Source: Takakia lepidozioides
Taxonomy: Eukaryota > Plantae > Bryophyta
NCBI GenBank assembly: GCA_030704615.1
Contig: CM060733.1
Location: forward strand, 17,732,001 to 17,796,000
Reading direction: 5' to 3'
Length of the DNA stretch: 64,000 bases
The position numbers and the translations under genes are program-made. This document shows, one piece after another, positions 8,829 to 22,892 of the stretch (within the stretch, counting starts at the first letter, position 1; every line of letters starts with the position of its first letter). The notes beneath the pieces were generated by a model. It saw only the letters and a list, made by a program, of their open reading frames with translations, ran no database searches and was not told the DNA's origin.

Positions 8829-11800
8829 GCTTTCGGGAACAACAACAGGAAAAGATGCGTATGCAAACATGGGTCAATTGGTCTGCCAAAGGCGAGAAAA
8901 TGTCTAAGTATTTCTTTCAGAAAACCAAGCTTAGAAGGGCCATGCAAACCATTCCTGAATTATATGTTGACAGTAAAGGCAACAAATCTTCCAAACCAAA
9001 GGAGCTCTGTGGGCTGGCTTTCAAGCACTTCAGCTCCCTGTTCCAAGCAGATCCGGTGGGGGTGGACATCGCCCAGTTGCTTCAAGCATACCTGCATTCT
9101 ACCCCATGTCAATACAGGGAAGGGGATGACCAACCCTTGTCCAAAGATTTCACCCCTATGGAGCTGGAGGATGCTCTGGACCAAATGAGCAAGTGTAAAA
9201 CTCCCGGTCTTGACGGTATGCCAATGGAGTTTTACAAGGCCCTCTGGCCTCGCATCGCTCAAGAATTCCGTGACATGGCAAATGAAATCCACAGGAAAGA
9301 TGCTATGCCAGGTTCCATGTCTCAAGGGGTCATTATTCTCCTTTTAAAAAAAGGGGATAGAGCAAACATTAATAATTATAGGCCCATATCGTTGCTTAAC
9401 GTGGCCTATAAAATTATTGCCAAGGCCCTGGCTCTCAGGCTCCAGCCCCTACTCCCTTCGTTGATTAGAACAGGTCAAGCCAGGTTTGTTAAAGGGAGGT
9501 ATATCTTGGATAATGTCCTTCTGGCCCAGGAGGCGGATACATATGCCAAGGCATCAAATCAAGCGCCAACACTCTGGCTGCTTGACTTTGAGAAGGCATT
9601 CGACAAAGTGGGTTGGGATTTTCTTCTGGCAGTTCTGCAAAAATGTGGGCTGCCACCCTCGTTCTGCAAGTGGGTTAACATCCTTATCCGCAACAGCTCC
9701 AACAGGGTTACTATTAATGGTCATTTGTCAAAACCCTTTGCCCTCCAGAGATCGGTGCGACAGGGATGCCCTCTCTCGCCTTTCCTCTTTCTGTTTGTGG
9801 CAGACTCTTTGGATTACATGTTGGAGGTTAACCCTGTCGTGAGGGGCCTTCAAATGCATGGCTTCGGAGCTGATGTTGCCCTTCAGATCAAAGATTCTAT
9901 GTTTGTTGATGACACCTTTCTCCTGCTTCAAGCTGAGCCAGCAGCTCTGTAAGCAGCCCAATGCACGATTGACACCTTCTGCAAGGTTTTGGGTTTCAGG
10001 GTGAATTGGTCGAACACCAAGGCTCTTCTGGTGGGTGATATTTCTAAGTCTGGTCTGGGGGTCTCCCCCGTATGGGGGGCTAACTTGGGTTTGACCTGGC
10101 TCAAGGACGGGGAGTCCACCACCCTCTTGGGCCACGTCTTCGGGATTAATCTCTCTGAAGACCAACGTTTGGGGCCCACTATAGCCAGGCTGAAGGGGCA
10201 ACTAACATTCTGGGGCTCTAGGTTCCTCTCCATTACTGGGAGGGCTCTGGTGGCTAACCAGACCCTTTTGGCCGGTATTTGGTATTTCGCCTCAACCTGG
10301 AGCCCCAGCTCTAAGCATATCCACGAAATCAAAAAGTGTATTAGGAACTTTATATGGGGGGCCCATTCGTTGGACTCTAACAAACGCCCCTAGGTTTCTT
10401 GGATTCAAATCATAATGCCCAAGAAAATGGGTGGCCTCAGTGTCTTGGATCCTGAAACCCAGATCAAAGCCCTATTGGGAAAATGGCTCCCCAGATTCCT
10501 GAGTCCAGAAAGAGGTTGGTAGAAACTTATGGTGATAGGTTCTATTTCCCTCAGTTCACCCCTGAGTTCCACTCAATGGTCTCCATCTCTAAGATGGATC
10601 ACTCAAGGTTATCGTCATAAATCCCCTGGCTCTTCCCTTTGGACCTCTATTTGGTTGGCCTGGGGGAAGTGCCGACCTTTCCTGCGAAAAAAAGAGCCTG
10701 CTTCCTTTTGTGAGGTGCTCAGGTAACACCTTTTCCTTACCAAGCCAGTCCCATCAACTGTGGAGAGGAGCCAAGCCACAAGATGGGCAGGGTGGGATGT
10801 AAGGGGACTCTCACAGGTCTCCCATCTATGGTTTAGTACCCCTGTATCTCTTTCTAGAACTCTTGGCACCCAAAGACTCTCCGCCGGCATTGCCTCATTT
10901 CTGCAATCAGTTCCAGACTCCTGGAGAGACATGCTCAGACAGGGTCCTTCTTCTCCATCTCTTTATCAGTGGGTGACCACACCTGATCATCATTTTCTGG
11001 TCATGTTCATAACGGAAGCCTCGCGTGTTAACCTGGTGGGTTTCACATTCAGAGCCCATCCGTATACGGGTGCTCTCTCGCTACACTCATCCGACTCCAT
11101 CTCAATCCCATACAACAACACCTCACCAGCCAGAATCTGCCACTGGAATTCCAAGCTCAAAGATTTTAATCCCAACACATAGGTTCTACCATGGTTATGA
11201 TCAGGAAGTTTCATTTGGTTTGGAGGCCAGGCCATCCATGATCTGCAAATCGACCCGACAGAATGGCATTGGGAATTCGGGGACAAGATTTGCTCCTTCT
11301 TCAATTACACGGCCAAGGGTGCCTACAGAGCGATGCTGAAGGCCAAGCCTCTAACCAAAAAATGGGACGACAGATGGGGCTTATTCCAATTTAGAGAGGA
11401 AAACTGGAAGTGCATTTGGGCTCTGATTTGGGAAAAATCAAAACTGTTTTCTATGATGTTACTATTGCAGCTAAGTTGGCCTGGCAAAAACTATGTGCAG
11501 AAGACAGGAAACCAGAACGAAAAGATTCCCTCTTCGCCTCCTTCAGAGCATCTTGGGGAAGAGGAAGAATCATTTGTTGCATCATTGATACGGACTCCTG
11601 TACATGGGCAGACTCCATACCTGAACTCTGGAAATACCGATGGGGCACCGTCTCAAAAACTTCAAATATTTCAAATATACTATTTATATTAACGAATTTA
11701 TTTAACGAATAATAATGAATAATAGGCCTCCCCTGATCTGGACTCGAGAGATATTAACTGGAAGCACATAAAGAGGGGATCTAAATCTAAGTTGATCTTC

Positions 11801-12178
11801 CTCAGATAGACATCTTCAGAGTTTCGCTCCTTGGCTGTTTCTGGCCTGTGCTCTTACTGTTCGTCGTTCCGTTCGGTTCCATCTAAACTAGGGCACCTCT
11901 CTCATGGACTTTTTCACTCCTATGAACTAATCCCAGATTAGCTCTCTGCGCTATGGCAAATCTTGCAACCAATAATAGATGGGTCTACCAGGGCTGCATG
12001 CGTAATTAGGTCTATTTTCTACCCTATTCACTGATCGTTGGAATCTCCAACACGGTCCCGTGTGTTAAGCCTCATGGCAATTGTAAGGGTTTAATTTTTT
12101 CCCTTTATTAATAGATTTTCAGGGCCTCTCATCCCTTTATTAAATAAATAAACAATAAAAATAAAATAAAATAAAAAA
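8829..12178 (+). mobile_element. L1-type LINE ORF2 (reverse transcriptase), 3' UTR and A-rich tail; degenerate
   Basis: KTPGLDGMP, NYRPISLLN, LDFEKAFDKV, RQGCPLSP, MFVDDT, then GRALVAN...RNFIWG; several stops. Tail AATAAATAAACAATAAAAATAAAATAAAATAAAAAA at ~12143-12178. The endonuclease domain is absent. Confidence 0.92.
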
Positions 12179-15100
12179 CATACTCACAAATCTTGTCCAA
12201 TTACAGACATTTCACTTATATAAATGGACTTAAGTGCTCCATTTGCAAAAACATTACACCCTGTCTCCCCAATTTCTGCCTTTGCCGACTCTAGTTTTCA
12301 TCACGGGGACTGGCACACATGGATGTTGAAAATGATATTCCCTCTTACAAGAAAACTAAAAAGGCAACAAACACAATAGCAGGATCCAGTCGTCCAAAGA
12401 TAAGGCTGGGATTTCTAGTGATGTATTGCTAGAGCCAACAAAACATCCCAAATGATGGAATGCTTCTTTGTTAGAGATCACACATACAAGGCCTCACGGT
12501 AAACGGTTAGTCAATTGTCTCTTAAACGTTCAGTATGAAGAAACAACGGATTACCCGAATTTCAATTTCTGCATGTGTGTTTCTCACTCTGTTAGGTCTC
12601 TCCATTCCAAAGCTACAATGAAGTCAGCTACCCTCTCTCCCTTCCTTCCCCCATCCAAAACAATTGGCCTAGAAAACAATAGTAATAGCCATGGAAGCAT
12701 GTGGACATCATACAACAAATCCGTTAATTCTTAGTCTTGCTTCGTCTCTGTTTCAGTGCAACAGTGAAGTAAGATTCCCCTCTTTCCCTCCCACTCTCCC
12801 TTCCCTTGAATTAGACGCGCAAATTGACAGTGGGCATGGCGTCTATGTGTAAATACTTTCTATAGGTCCTGCCTCCCTCCCCTCCTTAAATCTCTCCTTA
12901 AGTCTACTACCAATTATACTCAGGCCTGCCCCCTCCCCTCTCTTGTTCTATATTTCCTTGATAGTACAGATGAACCGTGTGCGGACGTACAAACACATTC
13001 CTCACTGTTCCATCCACGTGCGGAGAACACCCAAACTCGTCCGTTAGCAACCATGACTTACCAACAGATATGCAGGCGGCAACAAGCAGCACAGCGACAG
13101 AGGAGCGCAGTGCAAGAAGAAGACGTAGCTCCAATTGCATCGCCCTTTCTTCCCCCCTTATTCTTCCTTTCTTGTCGCTCAGCCCATGATATCGCAACCT
13201 CTCAAGCGCTTCCGTATCTCAAACCCCCCCACAAAAATGGTATACACTCTCACAGTGGTCCAAAATCCCTTCCAAACATCCAAGCTTCAACCGCCAACCC
13301 TATCTATCTCAACCCTAGATCGAAGCCCAAGACTCCACAGACAGCACCCCCCCAGTCTGAATTGCCGTGCAATTCTCCGCCCTCCTGCGGTTGCTTCAGC
13401 GTAAATCCTTGGCACCTCGCCCCACCAATTCACTCCAGAAACCACACCCTCACACACTCCCCAATCACATGGCAATGCCCCGAGAGATGGAGACGACAGA
13501 AGAGAGATGGGGTTTGTCTCCCTCTCACGCACACTCTCCCTCTCCCTCTAGGGTTTAAGTCCAGCCCCCCCCCGCAATTCCAGGGGTCTGTCTTGTTTAT
13601 AACCCTTCTCTTCAGAGCTTTTCTTGCTGCAATTCTGTCTTCCTAGACTTAATGGAGCCAGCTGGGTGAAGTTGAGCGGACTTTCATTAATTAGTGGCTC
13701 TAAGTTGGGCATCTCGTTTCCATTTTCTGTGCAATCTGATGGGGAGGAGGTAGCTGGACTGTGTATCATGAAGGATGAAGGGAGAGTGATTGTGCTGGTC
13801 TCGACAAGTTTCTGAAAGACTCTAGAGTTGGTTTCAAGACTGGAGGATGTTACAGCAGGACTTGCAGGCGAGAGAAAGAGAGGGGACTGCAGATGTTTTT
13901 GAGACTAGGGCGAAGTTGTCTTTTGAAGCTCGGAGGAAATTATGTAGTTTGTCCAGTGTGTAACGTATGTAGAGATACAGATTGCAATAGAGAGGGCTAG
14001 AGAGAGATGAGAGAGAGATCACTATTTTATTCACGGAGGAAATGGAGGAAGCATCGATATGTCACAATGCCTGAGCTTACTTGGGCCCATACTCGCGACA
14101 TGCCCTCGGTGACCAGACACTCACTTCCCCTGGATTATGGTGAGCCTGGAATTTTATCTCGGTTCAATTGAGACTTTGTAAAAGGTGGATATTTGAAGTA
14201 CATGATGATGAAGTAGATGGAACGAAAGAGGCCGTTTCGGTTTACGGAGTCCTCCTGTCATATGGGTAGTCTTATCAGGTCACGGATCAAATTTGATGGA
14301 CTCAGAGAGTTGCCTACTCAAACTCGTGACAATGTTTACGGCCAAGCAGGAATCCAGGTTAACTGAAATCCGACCTTCCAGCTGGTGCATTCATGACTCT
14401 ACTTTGCATCTAACATATACGTCGTAGGTCTGGTTGGGTGGCCACTATCAATCTAGCTATGTGTGTCCGTGAACAGTGCTATCTTTCAATAAAGTGAACT
14501 TGGAAATCCTGAGGTACCGAAGGTGGACCAACTCATATTGCAAGCTAGGGCGCGCACCAGGGATGGGATTGGTTTCTGCGAGCTTCAGTCCGGAGCAGCC
14601 CACATCAGTGGCCAGTCCCCGTGGGCGACCAGGCGAACGAGAACGATGGAGGAGAGAAGCTTGCAAGTATGTCAAACATGACAAACGGTTCTCTAATTGG
14701 AAGGTACTGAGTACGTTGTCTCTGTCTGACGTCTCTTTCGATAGATTTGCCCACTAATTCGAGCTTTGAAGTTGTTTTTCGATCCCGAACTGCTCTAGAT
14801 GGGGTCTCCGCTGCAACCACCAAAACGTTTGGTGTGCTAATGCATTGCGTGTAGGCCGTGTACCTGCCGTGTACTCCTTGCCCTCCAGCATACAGCACCA
14901 ACTGAATTCTCATACTCGTCTAACTCAGACAGTTGACTCAGGCAAAGCTTGCAACGGAATCTCAAATGATTGTCATTTGTTCCGCCGAAGCATGAACTGT
15001 GACTAGTACTCACCTATGTCAGTATTGCCTTGCAAGCCGACGGTGTACAAGCCATGTAGTGTACAGAAAGTGTGCCAGGGCTGTTGTAGGCAGTCAATAC

Positions 15101-17043
15101 ACTATGACAATGACTCACAATAGCTCGGAGAGACTGCAGTCTCCAGTCCGAATACGAAGTGAGGGCCAATGGTTATATAGCTAGGGGGCCTCTCTCTTTC
15201 TCTCTCTCCACTGTACTTGTGTTGTCTCTTATTCGGCCATGGCGTAATTAAAGAGCCCACTTCCCCACAAGAGGGTACTCCGCACTGTGTGTACCGCCTG
15301 GGCACAGGGAAGAAAGTTGACCTGAGGGGGTTGTATGTTTTCGAAGTCCGTAAGTCTTAGTGGGTATTTGCGCTTCGCATGCAGATACTTGGGTCACAGC
15401 TTTTGGCATTTTATGGAGTAGAAAGGAATGTGGTGACTCCTTTTCCTTCAATCCTCTCATTCAGAAGATACCCATGACGTAGGATTGGAGAAGGTACAGT
15501 ATCGTCGGCAGCATGTCGACAATGTGTTCAGTGTTCACCCATTTCCAGCTGGGTTAACAAAGAAAGAAATTTGCTACAGCCACCTGGAGTGCAGGACAAA
15601 CAGAGCAAGAAGTGAAGCAAAATGTGAAAAACTGAAACCCGGTGACAAAATTTGAGGCATGTTTTTTTGACAGAAAGGCTTATCAACTTCGATTTTATCC
15701 TTCCCACTTAGTACAATATAGTATAGGAGAATGCTTCATACACATACAAAAATTCCGAAAACTTTCTTGCTTCATGTTGAAAAAAAGTTTCATTTGTCCA
15801 CGGTAAGCTCGAAGAGAGAAAGTGGGGCCCTTAAAAGTGAGGGCCTGAGGACCAAAGGGACTTTTCTTAAACTTTCCTTCCTGGGTCAAGTACTGTTGTC
15901 TATTCCAGGATTACCTTTCCGTCTTTTTTCATAAGAACCAAAAATGCCTGGCAGAGAGAGATGATACGACCAAAGTCAGCATAAATACGAGCCTCTTCCT
16001 TCCCCATTTCAGGAGTGGGCTCCTTGGCAGGGTTGGGAGTTGCTTGGTTGTGTAGTCTCTTTTGCCATAAGGCTCTCCATCTCTTGACATTTAGTTGTGT
16101 TGAGGCCCCCTTGTCTTGCTTTCTTTTGTCCCTTAGCCTCTTCCTGCTTTCAGTGGAAATTATAAAGCTTCATTCTTTCTGTTCCTTTCTTTTCTTTCCT
16201 TCTGTTTGTTTTTCTTGGGTCAGTTGGGTCTCCCTTGGACATGATACAGGTCTCAAGTCACTCCCCCTTTGGACGTTATGAAGTTTCACTCTCATTCTGT
16301 CTTCTCCCACACATACACCACAAACTGCATAAAATGGCAGACAAAGCTCTCCCTGTAGTTGAATCTCCACAACAATGGAGTCAGAAGATTTCATGAAGAA
16401 GAAACAAATTAGCCTGAGCATAGGCCAATGCAATTCAAGGAAGGTTTTGACATCGCGGTAAGAGGGCACCACCATTACTTGTGGGTTCAATTTGCCCATC
16501 AGTCTCTATTGCAAATTTGCTCTACTATGATTTGAGCAATTGAGCGTTACTAGTTACTACTGTTATTATGTTCAAAATCCCAATGAATTCTACTGCCAAA
16601 ACAATCTCATCACTTTCCAATGTTGCGATATAATCTGGGCCTCCTTCTGTACCCAATATCTCTCTTTCTCTCTCTCTCCTCTTCCTCAACATTCTCCTGA
16701 TCCATCCACCCTGTGATCTTTCTATCCTCAACAAAAGAATGTGAAGGGTACACAAAGAGGCACAACACTAGACTAAGGCCCGCTTTACACTAGGAGTCGA
16801 GGCCAAAATGAAATAACATATTTTATTCCACTCAGACATGGCCCCAAGGGCAAAAAAGCAACCCTTAAGGTTTGGGGGGCCACCAAGGCTCCTTGGGGCC
16901 AACACTCACCCAAATAAAATATAATTGTTTTGGTTGCATCTCAACCATACGATCAAATGAAGTCAAGCTCTCTTCCCTCTCTTCCTGTCTCTCGTCTCCC
17001 GCGCTTCCTCCCTTCCTTCGCCGTCTCGTTTGTCGCGGGTAGA

Positions 17044-17965
17044 ATGGATAGCTCACAATATGCCGTATGGAGTACCGAGGGGATTTCAGACATGCAAGAG
17101 AGGATCGCGTCTACTGCGGGATCTCTCGCATTTCAGCCATTTTGCCCTGTTGTTGCACAAAGATCAAATCTGCCCCCTTTGAATCCAAGCATTGATGATG
17201 ACGTTGGTCTGATTAGTGACCCTGGAGTTGGCAATGCAAGAGGAAGGCAGCTTGCCCTGAGCCTATAGGTGTAGACCCCTAAGATGAGGATGTGCAGATT
17301 ATTCCAGAAGTAGCAGCGTCGAAGAGACAATCTGCACGCAAGAAAGCTGCACCCAAGACAACCAAATCCAAGAAGGCTTTGAAGAAAGAGGACTCCGAGG
17401 AAGATGCAGATTCTACCGGTTCAAAAGCCTGGAAAGATTTAGATACAGAGGCACTGATTGCACTTCGAGGTGAAATGGAACCCGAGTTTATGAAGAATGC
17501 CAAGAAACAAGGTATTTGTTTTTTTTTGCTTCTCAGCTGCCTTGTTTGACATGCATGCTTACATATTCAGTTGAAGTTGTGACAGCCTTGTGGGAAAGAG
17601 ATGCAGGCTAACCACTGAGGAGACTCTGTTCCATTCATGTCTATTTTTGTGCCTATCAATGCTAGTTTAGAAGCTTTCTATTATCTAACTTCGAAGCTTT
17701 CTATTGCTTCAGAAGTTGATGTATGGTTGAAGCTACATGCCAGAATGGTTGCAGCAATTCCAGGGTTCACAAAAACAGTCGAAGCATGTAAGAAAAAATT
17801 CAACATCTTGTTTAAACAGTACAAAATTGACAAAATGACAAACGGAATATCTGGAGAGGGTAGGCATGAATGCAAGTTCTATGACTCCATTGATCAGTGG
17901 TGGCATCAAGCAGAAACAGTCATGAAGCATGTCACAACATCTGCAAATGAATCATCTGACCAGCC
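17044..17965 (+). pseudogene. Harbinger Myb/SANT-like DNA-binding protein, 2 exons, disrupted and 3'-truncated
   Basis: W...DTEALIALRGEM, intron 17512-17712, then VDVWLKLHARM...KTVEACKKKFNILFKQYK...CKFYDSIDQWW. Frameshift and stop near 17265. Confidence 0.8.
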
Positions 17966-17981
17966 AGGGCCTCGTTGGATC

Positions 17982-18697
17982 CCGAAGTCGAAATCCCATA
18001 ATTTACATTTGGAGTCCACTATCCCTTGCAGTAGAGCTGAATAGAATCCTTTGCGGCAGTAGTAGGAGATTGGATCAACTTTAGGAGCAATAATTGGTAT
18101 ATGGCTACCGTCCACAGCTCCAATTATATATGGGATCCCCTGCAATGCTTCAAACTCGGCTGCTATTCTCTTTATGCTTTGACCAGTAGGTTTCTCAAAC
18201 ACTATGTGCTTCAAATGTTTTCTGACAGATGCACAAAAATCTCTGACAATGATAGATGCAATATTTTCTGCCACTCCATAAATCTCTCCACACATTTGTA
18301 ATGTGTTGCCACTGCCTAATCTAGATAATGCTATGGCTACCCGTGTCTCTAAGGGAATGTAAGCTCGCATGTGAGAATGTGTCTTGGTCATAGATGGAGC
18401 AACAATGGAACACAAATATGTGAAAGTACTTGGATTCAACCTGGTTCGCTGCTTGAACATCTTATCTGAATAACTGCCCATGAGTTGCCGCTCCATGAAA
18501 CCTACACCTCTCTCATACATCCACACAGTTCGATCTCTTGGCCCATTCCCTTCAATAATCATGGCAGCCATCATCATCATTGCAGCCTGGTGATGACCAA
18601 TGGCAAGTTGTTGTGCAACTACAACGACAGTCATCACATGACGGACTGCCATGAAGAACACAAGTGCCACCAAAGTCTTGTGCCTATGAGCATCCAT
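17982..18697 (-). pseudogene. Harbinger (HARBI1-like) DDE transposase, 3'-truncated
   Basis: FKQRTRLNPSTFTYL, IPLETRVAIALSRLGSG, GAVDGSHIPI, YYCRKGFYS.LLQGIVD; ends before the GSxHD motif. Confidence 0.92.
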
Positions 18698-19020
18698 GGT
18701 GAGTGCACTAAGGCAAGAGGTGAGACGAGCTCACACCGTGGAGGACAGAAAGAGGGAGTTGCGTGGGGGGTTCACACGTGATTATGAAGCCTCGGCCTCT
18801 ACCACTCGGCCCCAAGGCCTTTACACTAGTGCCTCTTGACCCCTAGGAAATACATATTTTAATGCTTACTTGAGGCCACCCCAAGGTCAATTAGTACTCA
18901 AAAATGGGCTCCCACGGCCCCAAGATTTGTTGGCCTCGACTCCTAGTGTAAAGTGGCCCTAAGGCTGTCCAGAACAAATTTACTAACTCTAAAGCCCTGT
19001 AAGCACTCTGAATCATGCCC

Positions 19021-19293
19021 CTAATTTCGGGTACCTGACATTTTGAGGCATTGGTAGTCCGGCCGAGAGGCCTGCCTCCCAACATCTTGAGGGCAGAGTG
19101 ATTGAGGAGGGAGCAAAACACAGTTGTACCAAACGCACACGGCCACGCTGGGAGGGATGGTGGCGTTCGCAAGACCTCCAAGATCGGTGAGGTAGTTGTG
19201 TTGGAGATAGAGAGAACGAATGGTCGCCGCTTCGACGGACGTTGCAAAGACCTGCCATACAAAGATACAGAGAGGTTGTGATTCAGGGGTCAT
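19021..19293 (-). pseudogene. C-terminal fragment of a plant extracellular LRR protein
   Basis: IRSLYLQHNYLT...VCVWYNCVLLPPQSLCP...RPDYQC matches the Cys-rich C-terminal cap of secreted plant LRR proteins; upstream sequence is degenerate. Confidence 0.75.
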
Positions 19294-21149
19294 CTAGATG
19301 TACTCATGAAACTTTGCTAGCAATAGCCTAGTCTAAAGTATTTGGACGGAGCAAAGAAGAAGCGACAGACGGACTGGAGACGAGAAAGAGAGAACAGGGC
19401 CCACCCACTGCCTCATTGAAGCTCGCTCAGGTATCTTAGATGATGCAGAGGACTCTTACCATCCTACCACTAGTTGCAGCGAAATATTTCAACAAGAAAT
19501 CACTAATCCGCCAATGCCCTTTTCCTTCCAATCCCATGGCTTCCTATGAGTGAAATGTAGGACTTCCTTGTTTGTAACTTGTTGTCCAAGGCACCACGAC
19601 ACTGCATTCAATTTCGGCTTATATTGATCCTCAGCTCATGAAAGGAGCCCTGGAGAGAGGAAAGTTTTTGCTGTTCGAGTGACAGAGGATGTGCTCATCA
19701 GACTTGGGAACAAAGGAAGGGGAAGAGAGGAAGGAAATTCAATCCTGACATTGCATCAACTGTGGACGTCTTGACATAAGAGGCTAACATACTTGCATCA
19801 CACCAAAGAACAACTACCTCTCAGTTGCATGAAATCAGACAGCCGATACAAATTCTCCCACCATGGTCATACCGAAGTAGTTTGAGAGATATTCATAACT
19901 TTTCGCTTTTAAGAAGCTGTTGAATTGGAACATGGAATGAGCTCCACATGTTTGTAGAGGACTGCAATGGGTCTGTTCAGAAATTGGCTCCTGGTCGAAG
20001 CGTATTCCTAAAACTAAGAGTAATAGACACATGAACATGTTTTAATGAGATACCTTAGGCTTGGTCTGGAAATGAAACCGTGTCAGGGTCAAAGCCATAG
20101 GCCAGTGTGTAGATTTCTTTCCAAGAAGAGTGCCCTACCAAATTTGCTTTGGTGATGGAGCCTAGCAGCAAAAGGGCACCATCCATGTAGTGCATTGGTT
20201 GTGCCCAACTGAACATCAGGAGTCCTTATGACAGCTCTGGTATCCGACTCTACCTTTTCTTTTCTTTACTTTTTCAAGTATTTTGAAGTTGATTATTTTT
20301 TATAAAAAATACCTAACTGAACACTACATTAGAATGGGTCAATCCCTCTCTAGAGTCTACCATGATAAGTACCTACGATGAAATCTTCATGATAAAAGGT
20401 TGCTGATATAAAATAGAGATTGCGTCTGTATTGCTGGGATTTGCATTCACCTTCCAAGACTCCATGTAGACATTGTTTACCTTAACACTACATGAAAATT
20501 CCATGTCTGAAAATTATGGACAATTCCTGCGTAGACTTATCAAATCACTGAATTATGCTGTAAAAATCAGTTATGTGTGTGATGTGGGAATATTATTATG
20601 AATGGAAACTTATTATTTGACCACATGAATAAGCATATTCAACTCAATTTTGTCATGGTTCATCTAGACACACAATATGGTTGACTCCACCAAATTTTGG
20701 CCAAATATGATGCAATGTGCATTTGAGACTCTGAGATAATGGAGGTTTTTTTAAAAGTTCATCATCAAATAACATCAACTTTAACCCCATATCATGAACA
20801 TAAATGTGTCCAGAAATGTGTACTGACAGCTTTGTTTATATAAAGAAACACATTTTGAACCTGAAACCTCTACATCTCATCAATTTAGCAAGTTGTGACA
20901 ACTGACCAAAAGCCATTATTAGATTGCGCATTTTAAAATACTTGTGCATTTCTCATCATTCTCGTGCCGATTGCTAGGAAGCTTAACCCTTGTTAGACTG
21001 TCCGAGAGCGATCATGCTGCACCTGAATCCTTTCCAATCCATCGAGCATCAAATCTCCTCAACTTCAATGTGTTTTCCCGGGCCACATACAATTTCTTGT
21101 GCTGATTACTATGAAGCAGATGCTCCATATGTTTTGCAAGAGAATGTTA

Positions 21150-21266
21150 ATGGGAAAGGGAAAATTAAAAGATAGCAGAGCAACAAACCAGCTTGTGGCA
21201 CTCTTGACTACACCATTAGATAAATATAAGGATGCGGTAGTGATTCTAAAACTGAGAAATTATGCA
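21150..21266 (+). pseudogene. VPS35: VPS35 (retromer) gene fragment
   Basis: GKGKLKDSRATNQLVALLTTPLDKYKDAVVILKLRNYA resembles plant VPS35 GKGKIEDxRATKQIVALLSAPLEKYNDVVTALKLxNY; no flanking exons were recognised. Confidence 0.7.
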
Positions 21267-21585
21267 AGTCTACACCAGGTCATGAAACTGTCTTTATAAT
21301 GCTTGGACTTTGCTTTTCTTAACCAAAACTCTACACATCAATGCACTGAAACCAATAAAACTATATGTTTTTTGCTCATTCTTCTTGAATATCAATGTCA
21401 CTACCCTCAAACCCTTCAATTTGAGACAATTTCATGTGCCAATAGATAAAGATGAGAGATTATACATGTAAATCAACAGTGTTGATATATGGCAGGGGCA
21501 ACATGGAAAATTCACATTGTAACAGTCCAATGCTCTAAAATGGCACAAAGTGCTTTTAGTAAGATCTAGCTTCAACTTCCTCATA

Positions 21586-22892
21586 TCATGCTCGAACCCC
21601 TCTAAATAAAATCCGGCCGCAAGAAGTCATCCAAGACCACACTCTGCGAGTGCAAAACACGACCTGTGTCACAGCTCGGAAATCAGGAACCATAGGTGGA
21701 ATGACTACTACTGTATGGTCCCCATCATCATCAATCGGACCATGAATGCACGTTGGTCTAATGACGATATCAAAATCGTGCTGAACACTAGCTCTCAATC
21801 CAAACAAGTTGTTCGAGCAAAATGCCACCCACTTTGCATTAGCATGTTGGAACCACTGAACAGCAAAAGAGAGAGCGGCACTTGGAGAAGGTCGGACCTG
21901 ATGCAAAATATCGATATCTAGATTGAAAGGGAGAACAGACATTGTATCTCCGGGATGCCTTTAAGTCTTCACATGTAGAGGATTCTCAAATGCGTGCATC
22001 AGTGAATTACTAGTGTAAAACGTAGGATACATAGAGAATTCACTACGGACTGGAAAATGATCTATGTCATGAAGCAAAAAACTGTCCCAACTCGTACTAC
22101 GCAAACCATGAAACAGACGAACCTCAGAAGGACTCATCGCAAAAGGATTATATACTACTAATCCCTGTCTAGATACAACATCGTGCACCCCAAATAAAAA
22201 AGACCTCTGCACAATGGTAGTCAACCCTACAACCCCCTTCTCTGGAGTACTGAAAGCCGGTACGGTGACATCAAGAATAGAACCTCAGAAAAATGTTGCA
22301 GACTTGCGACTCTTCTGCCCCGACCACCCCCCTCTTCTTCCTCTCCCACCTCCTCGCCCTATCAGACATGTACCACCCTGCTCCACAACGGGTAAACTTC
22401 CCGAGGTTCCTCCCCCCCCGCCCCCCCCCCGCCCCTTCGTAGACTACGTCGATTGCGGACAAGAATAAAATCCTCCTCTGAATGTGAGAAGTGAGATGAG
22501 TAAAAAGAATCACGAATCTCCTCTAAAACCCGCAAACCCACAATGACAAACCCTTCCCTCACAAAGTATAGTACTCCAAGAGCTGACCTACTCAAGTCAT
22601 AGTGCGTAGCCAAGACTTCCTCAACAATACACTCAGCAAAAAACACTCTAAAAAACGATCCCAAAGTTACTACGCAAGTATTGACTGATCTCACCTCAGA
22701 ATGTACAAGCAGATCTCGCTCTATATCCTGAAATATCCCAAAAAACAACGGAGAGGAATAATGGTCCGAAACGAAATCTCGTATATTTGCTCGAGCCACG
22801 CAGGGAGACGCCATCTCAAAGACTAAAGTCAAAAACCTATAACACCTCTTACCAATCTTCATCCCCAAATGGAAAAAATGAACAATCCTCAC
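21586..22892 (-). pseudogene. Chain of stop/frameshift-interrupted ORFs, product unknown
   Basis: ORFs 22362-22892, 21961-22224 and 21586-21942 are collinear, and the last two share a frame. No family was recognised. Confidence 0.3.

Larger units (their letters stand above)
16777..18959. mobile_element. PIF/Harbinger DNA transposon, internal-deletion derivative
   Basis: ~30-bp TIRs GGCCCGCTTTACACTAGGAGTCGAGGCCAA / TTGGCCTCGACTCCTAGTGTAAAGTGGCCC, TAA TSDs at 16774-16776 and 18960-18962, and convergent Myb/SANT and DDE genes. Confidence 0.95.

Noticed and set aside
12190-13140. Minus-strand gene with a signal-peptide-like first exon (MQLELRLLLAL...|GTAAGT)
   Set aside because: Splice sites look plausible, but the downstream candidate exons tried hit stops and no homology was recognised.
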